Source: Deltaproteobacteria bacterium (lineage in GTDB: Bacteria > Desulfobacterota > Binatia > UBA12015). From it: a stretch of 36,871 nt of DNA. The DNA is taken from the NCBI GenBank assembly GCA_046583355.1, contig JAYGCM010000060.1:1-36871 (forward strand), read 5' to 3'. The stretch's first letter is position 1. Each line of letters starts with the position of its first letter. Position numbers and translations under genes: made by a program. Positions 19,099-27,166 of this stretch are shown one piece after another. The notes beneath the pieces were generated by a model, which searched no databases, was not told the origin of the DNA, and saw only the letters and a program-made list of their open reading frames with translations.

Positions 19099-20874
19099 AT
19101 GCCCACGCCGGCCGGCAGGGGACTCGCGCCAGGCGCCCCCAGCCGGGGCGCACGCCGGTCGTGGCCGGTGGCCGCCTTCCGCATCGACCGCACTCTGCTG
19201 CTGGTCGCAGGCCTTCCGCTCCTCACCCAGATCGTCGGAAGCCTTTTCAATATCTGGTACAATAGCTTCCACGTCACCCCCTTTCTCGATGCGGCACAAT
19301 TGTCGATCTTCGAGAACTCGATTTTCATCTTCAATATTGGGATCTATCCGATCAGCGTGAGCATCTGGCTCGCCGCAGTCGCCTGGCTGCGCAAGCCGCT
19401 CGTGGATCTCGCCGCGGGCCGAAGAGTCGATCCGACGCTGCTCGCGAAGGCGCAACGCCGTGCCGTCCATCTTCCCTGGTGGTTCCTCGCGGTCACGGCC
19501 ACCGGTTGGTTGCTCTGCATCCCGGGCCTGCTCCTTCCTTTGATGATGGGCGATACGGCGCTTGATCCGCGCGTTTTCACCCATCTGCCGATATCGATCG
19601 CCATTGCTGGCCTGACCTCGGTCAGCCAGGGCGTGTTCGTCGTCGAACTGACGACCGAGCGTTGGCTCTATAACCGCCTCTTCGGCGAGACCTCCCCTTC
19701 GGAGTCCGAAGGCGTCCACCCGCTCTCGCTACGCGGCCGCGGCATGCTCTGGCTCGTCACGGCGGCCGTCTGCCCGGTCCTATCGCTGCTACTGCTGGTC
19801 CTGGGCTCCGATACGATGGTGCCTGACCGCCTCTTTGCCGGCGTGGTTTCGCTGATGGCCGTCACCTTCGCTCTGGTCAGCGCCTGGCTGATGTCACGCC
19901 TGCTGGTCGAACCCGTGGAGCAGTTGCGGATGGCCGCACGCAGAGTCGCGGGCGGCGACCTGAGCGTACAGATCGACCTGCAGCGCGCGGATGAATTCGG
20001 TCCCTTGATTCAAGAATTCAACGTGATGATCTCCGAATTGCGTGAGCAGGAACGGCTCAAGCGCCAGATTGCCGAGCGCACCCGCGAGCTCGAAGATACC
20101 ACGCTCCAATTGGGTGCCGAGGCGGCCCAGCGCGAGCAGGTCACGAACCACCTGCGCAGTGCTCTCTCTACGGCCGAGGCCGCGAGTTCAGCCAAAACTG
20201 AATTCCTCGCCAATATGAGCCACGAGCTACGTACCCCGCTCTCGGCGATCCTCGGCTTCGCTGCGATTCTGCAAGACGATGGCCTGCCGAATGATTCGCG
20301 CCAGGAATTCACGCTCTCAATTGAGCGCAGCGGCCAGCACCTCCTCGCCATCATCAACGACCTCCTCGACCTCACCTCGATCCAATCGGGCAAGCTGCCG
20401 GTCACGAAGAGCGATTGCGATTCGCGTGAAATCGTCGGCGAGGTCGTCGATTTGATGAGCGTCAAGGCCAAGCAAAAAGGCCTTGATCTCCGCTGCGAGA
20501 TCGACGCGCGGGTACCGCAGACAATCCATACCGACCCATTGCGCCTGCGCCAGGCGCTGGTCAATATACTCGGCAATGCCACGAAATTCACCGACACGGG
20601 CAGCGTTATCATCCGAGTGGCGCCCGCCGGCAAGGGCCGCCTGTTGCGCTTCGACATCGAAGATACCGGCCCTGGCATCGGCGACGATATGATCGAGAGC
20701 ATCTTCGAGCCCTTCGTGCTCGGCGATATGTCCGCCACGCGGACCCATGAAGGCACCGGCCTCGGCCTGCCGATTTCGCGCCACCTCGCCGAACTTCTGG
20801 GCGGCGAACTCCGGGCCAGCTCCAAGGTTGGCCGCGGGTCTGTCTTCAGCTTGACAATCGACCCCGCCGGCTAG
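19099..20874 (+). CDS. Multi-TM sensor histidine kinase (HAMP-HisKA-HATPase), no receiver domain
   Basis: About six TM helices, HAMP (PVEQL...DEFGPL..EFN), H-box FLANMSHELRTPL, N-box NATKFT, DTGPGI, GTGLGL. GGGAG precedes ATG19099; start uncertain. Confidence 0.9.
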   Translation: MPTPAGRGLAPGAPSRGARRSWPVAAFRIDRTLLLVAGLPLLTQIVGSLFNIWYNSFHVTPFLDAAQLSIFENSIFIFNIGIYPISVSIWLAAVAWLRKPLVDLAAGRRVDPTLLAKAQRRAVHLPWWFLAVTATGWLLCIPGLLLPLMMGDTALDPRVFTHLPISIAIAGLTSVSQGVFVVELTTERWLYNRLFGETSPSESEGVHPLSLRGRGMLWLVTAAVCPVLSLLLLVLGSDTMVPDRLFAGVVSLMAVTFALVSAWLMSRLLVEPVEQLRMAARRVAGGDLSVQIDLQRADEFGPLIQEFNVMISELREQERLKRQIAERTRELEDTTLQLGAEAAQREQVTNHLRSALSTAEAASSAKTEFLANMSHELRTPLSAILGFAAILQDDGLPNDSRQEFTLSIERSGQHLLAIINDLLDLTSIQSGKLPVTKSDCDSREIVGEVVDLMSVKAKQKGLDLRCEIDARVPQTIHTDPLRLRQALVNILGNATKFTDTGSVIIRVAPAGKGRLLRFDIEDTGPGIGDDMIESIFEPFVLGDMSATRTHEGTGLGLPISRHLAELLGGELRASSKVGRGSVFSLTIDPAG

Positions 20875-20924
20875 AGGCGCGGCCGACAACGCATCCGGCG
20901 TCAGCCAAAAAGTAGTTTCGCTAG
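20871..20924. mobile_element. Partial CTAG-bounded element between convergent stop codons
   Basis: CTAGAGGCGCGGCCGACAAC left end, interior GCATCCGG shared with the 26549 copy, second CTAG at 20921-20924. No recognisable right inverted repeat. Confidence 0.5.
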
Positions 20925-21784
20925 GCAGCCGCGGCCGCGAGGAAGTCCTCGATCATGCGGTAGGTGAGGCCCCAGACGATATTCGAGTTGACGACGAAGG
21001 CCGGCATATCGGCCTTGAAGCCGGGCGTGTCGATCGGCGTCGTGGTTCGGTTTTCCTCAAGCTGAAAGGCCGCCAGTGGTAGCCAGAGGGCGGCCGCAAC
21101 TTCGCCCGGGTCGGGCCGCGTCTCGCGTACGCGGTCAAGGCTGAAAAGAAAGGGGCTGACGACCATGCCTACGGGCTTGCCACCAGAGTAGGCCGGCACC
21201 TCGTTGAGTGCGGTGATCAATTCACCATGGCTTTCGAGGTCGACGCCTACCTCTTCGGCGGTCTCGCGTGCGGCGGTTGCCGCGAGCCCGGCGTCAGTCT
21301 CCTCGACGCCACCGCCGGGAAGCGCCATATGACCCGACCAAGGGTCGCGCGGGTTCTCGGCGCGGCGGATCAGAAGGATTTGCGGGCCGTCCTCATGCGG
21401 CGCCAGAATCAGCGCAACCGCCGCGCGGCGCTGCGGGTCACCCTCGATCGGCGTCGGCTGCCAGGCCTTCATGCGCGCCTCGATCGCGCGCAACTCCGGA
21501 CCCTTGGGCACCCACTCGAAGCCCAGGCGATGCTTTTTCTCGCTATTGCAGGCCTTGCAGCAGGCCACCACATTGCCCTTGGTCGATGTGCCACCGCGGA
21601 TCACCGGCACGATATGATCCATCGTGATCGCGTCCGCGCGACCGGTGACGCCGCAATAATGGCACCGCCCGGAAGCTTTTTTCCGCTTCCACCACGGGGT
21701 TTTCTTGAGCTCACGCGCCTTGTTTCGCTCACGCTGGATCTCGGCATCGCTGACCGGAACGAGGAATGTGGGCTCGACTGCCAT
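20921..21784 (-). CDS. HNH endonuclease fused to a Nudix CoA-pyrophosphatase-like domain
   Basis: N-terminal CHYCG...MDHIVP..RGG....GNVVACCKACN. C-terminal LLIRRA...WSGHMALPGG, RETAEEVG and IVWGLT. Confidence 0.88.
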   Translation of the reverse strand: MAVEPTFLVPVSDAEIQRERNKARELKKTPWWKRKKASGRCHYCGVTGRADAITMDHIVPVIRGGTSTKGNVVACCKACNSEKKHRLGFEWVPKGPELRAIEARMKAWQPTPIEGDPQRRAAVALILAPHEDGPQILLIRRAENPRDPWSGHMALPGGGVEETDAGLAATAARETAEEVGVDLESHGELITALNEVPAYSGGKPVGMVVSPFLFSLDRVRETRPDPGEVAAALWLPLAAFQLEENRTTTPIDTPGFKADMPAFVVNSNIVWGLTYRMIEDFLAAAAA

Positions 21785-21884
21785 CGCCCCAGTCTACGGG
21801 TCGCACGCCGCTGCCGCCACGCCCGGCCGGCGCGACCGAAGTTGGCGGTGAATCCGAGCGCCGAATTCGCCATGATGGTGGGCG

Positions 21885-23060
21885 ATGCCAAGGCAGACCA
21901 ATTCCCATGCCGAACCGCAGGGGCGGCTTGGGCTCGTACTCTCCGGTGGCGGTGCGCGCGGCCCCTTTCAGGTCGGGGTCTACGAGCGCCTGCTACAGGA
22001 TGAACGCTTCGCCGACGGCCCGGCCATTCTGAGCGGCACCTCCGCCGGTGCGCTGAACTCGGCCATGATCGCCGCCGGCCTCTCGCCGGGCGAGATGATG
22101 GAATTCTGGTACAGCCTCGCCGACGACCCGCCGGTCGTCGCCAACGCCAACCTCTTTCGCTCGGCCTATTCTACCATGGCAAGCCTTCTCTTCCGCGAGA
22201 TGAAAAAGCTGCCGACACAGCTCCCTCGCGACCTGCTGCGCCTGGCCCAGCGCTCGCGCCTCTACTGGCCGCCGCGCCTCGGCAGCGCCTCCGCGCTTTT
22301 TCTCGATTTTGTTCTGACCAGCCGCTTCGACCTGCTCAGCGAATTCCTCGATGGCATTGAGGAGCCTTTCGTATTCGATACGTCCCGCATGCGCGATCGC
22401 CTCGTCGCGACTTTCGGCGACACCCGCATCCAGACCAGCCGCCGGCTTGCCATCAACGCCCTCGATTCCCATACCGGCAAGGTCGTCCGCTACGTCACCG
22501 GCCCGGTGCCCGCCCTGCCCTCATCCGAATACGTAGTCGTGCCCGCGATCACGGTCGATATGCTGATGGCAAGCGCGAGCATCCCCCTCCTCTTCAGCCC
22601 CACGCCCATCGGCGATCGCCTGCTCTGGGATGGCGGCCTGCTCGTCAATACACCACTTGCGCCGGCGGTATCGCTCGGCAGCGACCGCGTCGTCTCGGTT
22701 CTGGTCACCGAGAGGCACCAATGGAGTGGCCCCTTGACCGGGTTGGGGCGGGCGATTGAACTCACCGCCGACGCCTTTCTCGAAAATGCCTACAACGTCG
22801 ACCGAATGCTCCTGCTCGAACGCAACCGCCTCGCCCACCTGGAGGGCAATCGCTACCGCGAAGTCACGCTCTACGAGGCCATCCATCCGGCGCAGGACCG
22901 CAACCTCTTCAAAGCCGGCTCTTTCCTCGATTTCCGCCGCTCGACCATGAAGGCAATGTACCGCTCCGGTCAGCGCGCGGCGGCCGATTGGCTCGCCCAG
23001 GGCCCACCGATCGACCGCCTCGACTCCCGCCGCGAAGACTCGGGCCGCCGCAGCGCTTAG
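21885..23060 (+). CDS. Patatin-like phospholipase
   Basis: LSGGGARG, GTSAG, ASASIP, DGG, NTPL. Confidence 0.92.
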   Translation: MPRQTNSHAEPQGRLGLVLSGGGARGPFQVGVYERLLQDERFADGPAILSGTSAGALNSAMIAAGLSPGEMMEFWYSLADDPPVVANANLFRSAYSTMASLLFREMKKLPTQLPRDLLRLAQRSRLYWPPRLGSASALFLDFVLTSRFDLLSEFLDGIEEPFVFDTSRMRDRLVATFGDTRIQTSRRLAINALDSHTGKVVRYVTGPVPALPSSEYVVVPAITVDMLMASASIPLLFSPTPIGDRLLWDGGLLVNTPLAPAVSLGSDRVVSVLVTERHQWSGPLTGLGRAIELTADAFLENAYNVDRMLLLERNRLAHLEGNRYREVTLYEAIHPAQDRNLFKAGSFLDFRRSTMKAMYRSGQRAAADWLAQGPPIDRLDSRREDSGRRSA

Positions 23061-23266
23061 ACGCCAAATCTCTCAATCCGAGCGGTCGGAAAGCAGGCGA
23101 GATCTTGCTTTAACCAACATAAATCGGACATGCGTAGACTTAAACCAACATGGCAAGAACAAGTCGCACTACAAACGCGCCGCCCGCCACGGTTGCCCTT
23201 CGGTGCCGTATCCCCGAAAACCTTTGCTGTGCTGCGCGAGAAGGGCATTGCGGCAGATCTCGTTGG

Positions 23267-23298
23267 CATCGAGATGCATGCATGAGAGCATCTCGATG
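23267..23298. promoter_or_regulatory. Probable VapBC autoregulatory operator
   Basis: Perfect 11-bp inverted repeat CATCGAGATGC-N10-GCATCTCGATG ending at the vapB start codon. Confidence 0.65.
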
Positions 23299-23372
23299 TG
23301 CGAACGACCCTGACGATCGATGACGATATCGAGACTCTGCTCGAGCGGGCGGACGGCGCCGATCACTCGTGA
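23298..23372 (+). pseudogene. vapB: Internally deleted VapB-type ribbon-helix-helix antitoxin (24 aa)
   Basis: Manual translation MRTTLTIDDDIETLLERADGADHS*. MRTTLxIDDD is a typical VapB N-terminus, and the TGA overlaps the vapC GTG (GTGA). Confidence 0.75.
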
Positions 23373-23644
23373 TTCTCCCCGACGCGAACCTCCTTCGCTA
23401 CGCCAACGACTCGACTTCGCGACTCCACAAGCCGGCGCGACGGTGGGTTGAGTCGGCATTTTCGGGCCATGAAATGGTGCGCATCCCCTCGGTGGTCGTC
23501 CTGGCCTTCTTGCGGATTACGACGCATAAGCGAATTCCTGCTCACCCACTACGGCCTGTTGAGGCCTGCGCGATTGTTGCCAGTTGGTGGGAGCAGCCAG
23601 GAGGCGCCTGGATCCCCCCCCGATTATTCCGCGAAAAGCTGTGA
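23369..23644 (+). pseudogene. vapC: C-terminally truncated PIN-domain VapC toxin
   Basis: MILPDANLLRYA....H..ARRW...AFLRITT....PL. Only 91 aa, lacking the C-terminal conserved Asp residues, and runs into the 3' end of the convergent gene. Confidence 0.78.
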
Positions 23645-26536
23645 TTCGGCAGCCACCAGTAGCTCCGAGGCCGCTTCCGCGCTCGGAGCCTCGGCCCAGA
23701 ATTCGACCGCCTGGCGTGTTTCCGCGAGCCGGACGACCACCCAGGAATCATCTTCCAATAGGTATTTGCGGCCATCCAGATCAATCGTTTCGCGGACCTC
23801 CAGAGCAGCAATCTGGGTAGGCTCGACGGCCACTCGTGCCTCGATCTTGTCCACCAGGATCGGGTCCAATTGCCGCCTATGGTGCACCAACTCGCGTGGT
23901 GCCATGCGCTCATGGAGCCGCTGCACGCGAGCGGCCAGGGGCAGGCCGTCGCGGGCCATCATTTCGGCGACCAGCAGCATCACGAGGAAACCATCGCGCC
24001 AGGCGCCATGCTCGGCCAGCGCGAGGCCGCCACGTTCATCAACCGCAAAACCGACTTCGCGCCCGCCGAGCATCCGCCCCAGCTCCGCAAAGCCGTTGGG
24101 AGCCTCGATGATGCCGAGGCCATGGTGGCAAGCGATGGCATCGACCAGATGGCTCGCGGCCACACTCCGGCCGATCTGGCGGATCTTGCCCGGCCGCGTC
24201 TCGCAGACGTAGTCGAGAAGAAGTGCTGCCAGCAGGCCGGGGGCAAGCGCGCCGGCCTCGGCATCGACTACCCGCGCGAAGCTGCCATCACCCGAAATCA
24301 CGATCCCGGCATCAAACCCGCTGCGTACATGCGCCTGTACATCGGCCAACGAAGCCGCGGTGCCAAAAGGTTCCTTGCCTATCTCGGCGGGATCCAGGCC
24401 GTCGTGCAGAAGCATCATTTCAAGGCCGAGCGTAGCGAGGATCGGCCTCAGCGTTGCGCCGGCGGCACCATGGCGACAATCCACCACCAGACGCGGCGGC
24501 CGCGCACAGAGAATGTCGTGATCGAGGATGCCCAGCAAGGAGCGTCGATGCGCGGGGAGAAAATCGCGTTCTTCTTGCAGCGATACACGTACGGCCTCAC
24601 CGGCCTCGAGACGATCCATCGCAAAACCGTACTCACGCAACTCGCACGCACGCCGGACGACCTTCGCCCAGACGTCGGCAAGCTCGGCACCACCCCAATC
24701 GCCGAAGAGGACCAGGCCACCTGTCGCATGATCGGCGGCACCGCCGCTGACCACGAGCCCACCGCTGGAGCTCTCGCCACCGGCCGCGTAGGCAAGGACG
24801 GGAAGGGGTCGCGGGTCCAGGTCGACAACCACCCGCACATCTTGCGCGGTCAACACCCCCGCCACGCGCGACGCGAACTCCGGCGCCAGGAACCGACCAT
24901 CATGGCCCACCACGAACGAAGCGCCTGGCGGCAGATGGCGGCCGAGCTCGTCGGCGACAGCGCGCGCCAGCGTGTCGAGATTATCCTGCGTGAGATCATC
25001 ACCCAGACGCGCGCGCCAGCCATCGGCCAATACGAGAAAGGGCGGTACGGGCCGCCCGAGTCGATGCCGCCGCTCGGCGGCGCGCCGGTAGAGGTGGCCG
25101 TAGCGGCGCGCCGGGAGATTCCACGAGAAATCCCGCGTCATGCCGCGCCTCTGCATATCATCGAAAAGCTCTGTGCGTGAGCGAAAATCGAGTGCTCGAC
25201 TGACCGCCAACGCAAGCGAGCGACGGTCGGCGGCCTCCATCCAGAAACCGGTAGCCGTCTCCGGCGAAACGCCTGGGTCCACCACAGAATCGGCAAGCCC
25301 GCCCACCGGCGTGACCACCGGAATGGTGCCATAGCGTTGTGCGATCATCTGGCCCAAGCCGCAAGGCTCGTAGCGCGAGGGCATCAAGAGGAAATCAGCG
25401 CCGGCGAGAATCTTGTGGCCGAACTCGTCGTTCCATTCCGAGCGGAAATGAAAGAGCCCCCGCCCAGTTTCGGCCTCACGATGCAGGTTCGCGGCCAGCC
25501 GCTCGTCGCCCTGCCCAAGCGCAATTACCCGCACGCCCCGCTCGAGCAGGCCCGGCAATGCCTCAAGCAGGATATCAAAACCTTTTTGCGGCGCCAGGCG
25601 AGAGACCATCGCGACGATCGGCGTGCGCAGATCTCCGTCAATCTCCGCTTCGAGGAGGAGATCGGCCTTGCAGCGACGCTTACCCGCCAAATCTGTCGCA
25701 TCAAAGGGCGCCACCAGGGCGGCATCCTGCGCCGGGTTCCAGACCACCGGGTCGATCCCGTTGAGAATCCCCGCAAGCGGCTCGGCGCGGGCCGCGAGCA
25801 CATCGGCGAAGACGCCACCGCCCTCGGGAGTCAGTAGCTCGCGCGCATGTGTCGGGCTGACCGTCGTCACATGATCGGCGAAAATCAGACCGCCGCGCAA
25901 GAGCGAAATCCGGCCATCCAGCTCCAGCCCCTGCGGCCCGAGCAACTCGCGTGGCAGACCGAGAATCGGAAAATCCGACGCCGCGAAGCTGCCGGCATAG
26001 CCGATATTATGAACCGTGAAGACCACTGCGCTCGAGGCCAGCCCAGCGACCGCCCGGGCGGCATCATCATTGCCGGCAATGCCGCCGCGCAGATAGGTAG
26101 GGATCAACGCGGTCTGCCAATCATGGCAATGGATCACATCGGGCGGCGGTCCGAGCACCGCAAGCGATGCCAATGCGGCGCGAGAAAAGATAGTGAAACG
26201 CCGCGCATTATCGGCATAATCGCTACCGAATTCTCCGTATAAAGAGGGCCGATCAAACCAAGGCCGTGCCTCGATGCCGTAGACGCGCACGCCTGCGGGC
26301 TCCTCGCGCGCGCGCAGAAGAGTGGCCTCCTCCACGCCGTCGTGCAATTGCACGCGAATCAGCGCCATGGCTTCGAGCGGCGCGAAGGCCTCCTCCATGC
26401 CGCGATGCAAAGGCAGGATCAACGAGATATCGAGCCCCTGTGCGGCCAAGGCTGCCGGCAGCGCTCCGAGAACCTCACCAAGCCCGCCACTTGCCGCCCA
26501 GGGAGCTGCCTCCGAGGCGATCAGAACGATTCTCAT
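23624..26536 (-). CDS. glgA: Glycogen synthase (GT5) fused to a degenerate phosphoglucomutase/phosphomannomutase-like domain
   Basis: About aa 1-487: SEAAPWAASGGL, HCHDWQT, FTVHN, TTVSP, GILNGID, SRLAPQKG, PSRYEPCGLGQM, DFSW. About aa 500-970: DGWRA..DDLT.DN, VVGHDGRFLA, DCRHGAAG, RDG, DGRKY....SWVVVR. Confidence 0.88.
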   Translation of the reverse strand: MRIVLIASEAAPWAASGGLGEVLGALPAALAAQGLDISLILPLHRGMEEAFAPLEAMALIRVQLHDGVEEATLLRAREEPAGVRVYGIEARPWFDRPSLYGEFGSDYADNARRFTIFSRAALASLAVLGPPPDVIHCHDWQTALIPTYLRGGIAGNDDAARAVAGLASSAVVFTVHNIGYAGSFAASDFPILGLPRELLGPQGLELDGRISLLRGGLIFADHVTTVSPTHARELLTPEGGGVFADVLAARAEPLAGILNGIDPVVWNPAQDAALVAPFDATDLAGKRRCKADLLLEAEIDGDLRTPIVAMVSRLAPQKGFDILLEALPGLLERGVRVIALGQGDERLAANLHREAETGRGLFHFRSEWNDEFGHKILAGADFLLMPSRYEPCGLGQMIAQRYGTIPVVTPVGGLADSVVDPGVSPETATGFWMEAADRRSLALAVSRALDFRSRTELFDDMQRRGMTRDFSWNLPARRYGHLYRRAAERRHRLGRPVPPFLVLADGWRARLGDDLTQDNLDTLARAVADELGRHLPPGASFVVGHDGRFLAPEFASRVAGVLTAQDVRVVVDLDPRPLPVLAYAAGGESSSGGLVVSGGAADHATGGLVLFGDWGGAELADVWAKVVRRACELREYGFAMDRLEAGEAVRVSLQEERDFLPAHRRSLLGILDHDILCARPPRLVVDCRHGAAGATLRPILATLGLEMMLLHDGLDPAEIGKEPFGTAASLADVQAHVRSGFDAGIVISGDGSFARVVDAEAGALAPGLLAALLLDYVCETRPGKIRQIGRSVAASHLVDAIACHHGLGIIEAPNGFAELGRMLGGREVGFAVDERGGLALAEHGAWRDGFLVMLLVAEMMARDGLPLAARVQRLHERMAPRELVHHRRQLDPILVDKIEARVAVEPTQIAALEVRETIDLDGRKYLLEDDSWVVVRLAETRQAVEFWAEAPSAEAASELLVAAESQLFAE

Positions 26537-26548
26537 CGCGTGGCTCAG

Positions 26549-26715
26549 CTAGAGGCGCGGCCGAAAAGCCGGCCCGCATCCGGGCGCCGCTTCTGGCTGC
26601 TGGTCTGCGTCACGCTCTCTCCCAATGGCTACGGCCATTGCTTGGTCGCCTTCCTTGCCAGCAGCCAGAATCGACGCCCTCTGTGCCAAGTCCGGCTCCT
26701 CGGCCGGGCCTCTAG
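26549..26715. mobile_element. 167-bp MITE-like element with terminal inverted repeats and CTAG at both ends
   Basis: Left CTAGAGGCGCGGCCGAAAAG, right (reverse complement) CTAGAGGCCCGGCCGAGGAG. Internal perfect 13-bp IR (26591-26603 / 26658-26670) and CAATGGC-TACG-GCCATTG hairpin. Confidence 0.75.
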
Positions 26716-27112
26716 ACCGCTGCCGCGGGCGCCCGATCAGTGCCTCGAGCCCACGCGAGCGCTGCGCACCGGCGGCCGCAGCAGCAGCCAATGCCGTCGG
26801 CCGGCCGCTGGACACGGCGGCTTCGAGCCTTGCCACCTTGCCCTGCAAACGCCCGATTTCGTGGTCGCGCTCGCGCACCTCTTTCTCAAGTCCAGCGACA
26901 CGGTCGATGACGAAACGCAGCTGGCCGATTTCCTGCACGGCATGCGTGAGGTGGGCCTCAAGCTCTTCATTCTCTTCGCGAAGAGCGTTGGTTGCGCTTG
27001 CGATGGCCCGCTCCTGCGTCGCGTCGGCGGCCGCAAGCTGCTTACGCAAAGCGGCAAGCTCCGTACGTCCGGAGGCTGCCTTCCCCGGCTTTCCCTTTGT
27101 CCGCGCGGTCAC
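26549..27112 (-). CDS. Coiled-coil hypothetical protein whose last ~54 aa derive from an inserted element
   Basis: Heptad-rich N-terminal 110 aa. The frame reads through the 26549-26715 element and stops in its distal CTAG. Confidence 0.7.
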   Translation of the reverse strand: MTARTKGKPGKAASGRTELAALRKQLAAADATQERAIASATNALREENEELEAHLTHAVQEIGQLRFVIDRVAGLEKEVRERDHEIGRLQGKVARLEAAVSSGRPTALAAAAAAGAQRSRGLEALIGRPRQRSRGPAEEPDLAQRASILAAGKEGDQAMAVAIGRERDADQQPEAAPGCGPAFRPRL

Positions 27113-27166
27113 GCCGAATATCTATCAGCAGATGGCTCCGGCAACAAAGCCGCACAGCCCATAGGC

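Noticed and set aside
20871..20874. Idea that the inserted element truncated a hybrid kinase
   Set aside because: Removing the element leaves the kinase TAG intact and shared with the convergent gene's stop, so the stop probably predates the insertion.
21885..23060. CBASS operon based on the patatin
   Set aside because: No CD-NTase, Cap2/Cap3 or other CBASS gene nearby.
15087..25180. Other long opposite-strand ORFs (15087..16103, 16320..17315, 17416..18549, 23870..25180)
   Set aside because: Each mirrors a well-supported gene on the other strand and has no domain motifs.
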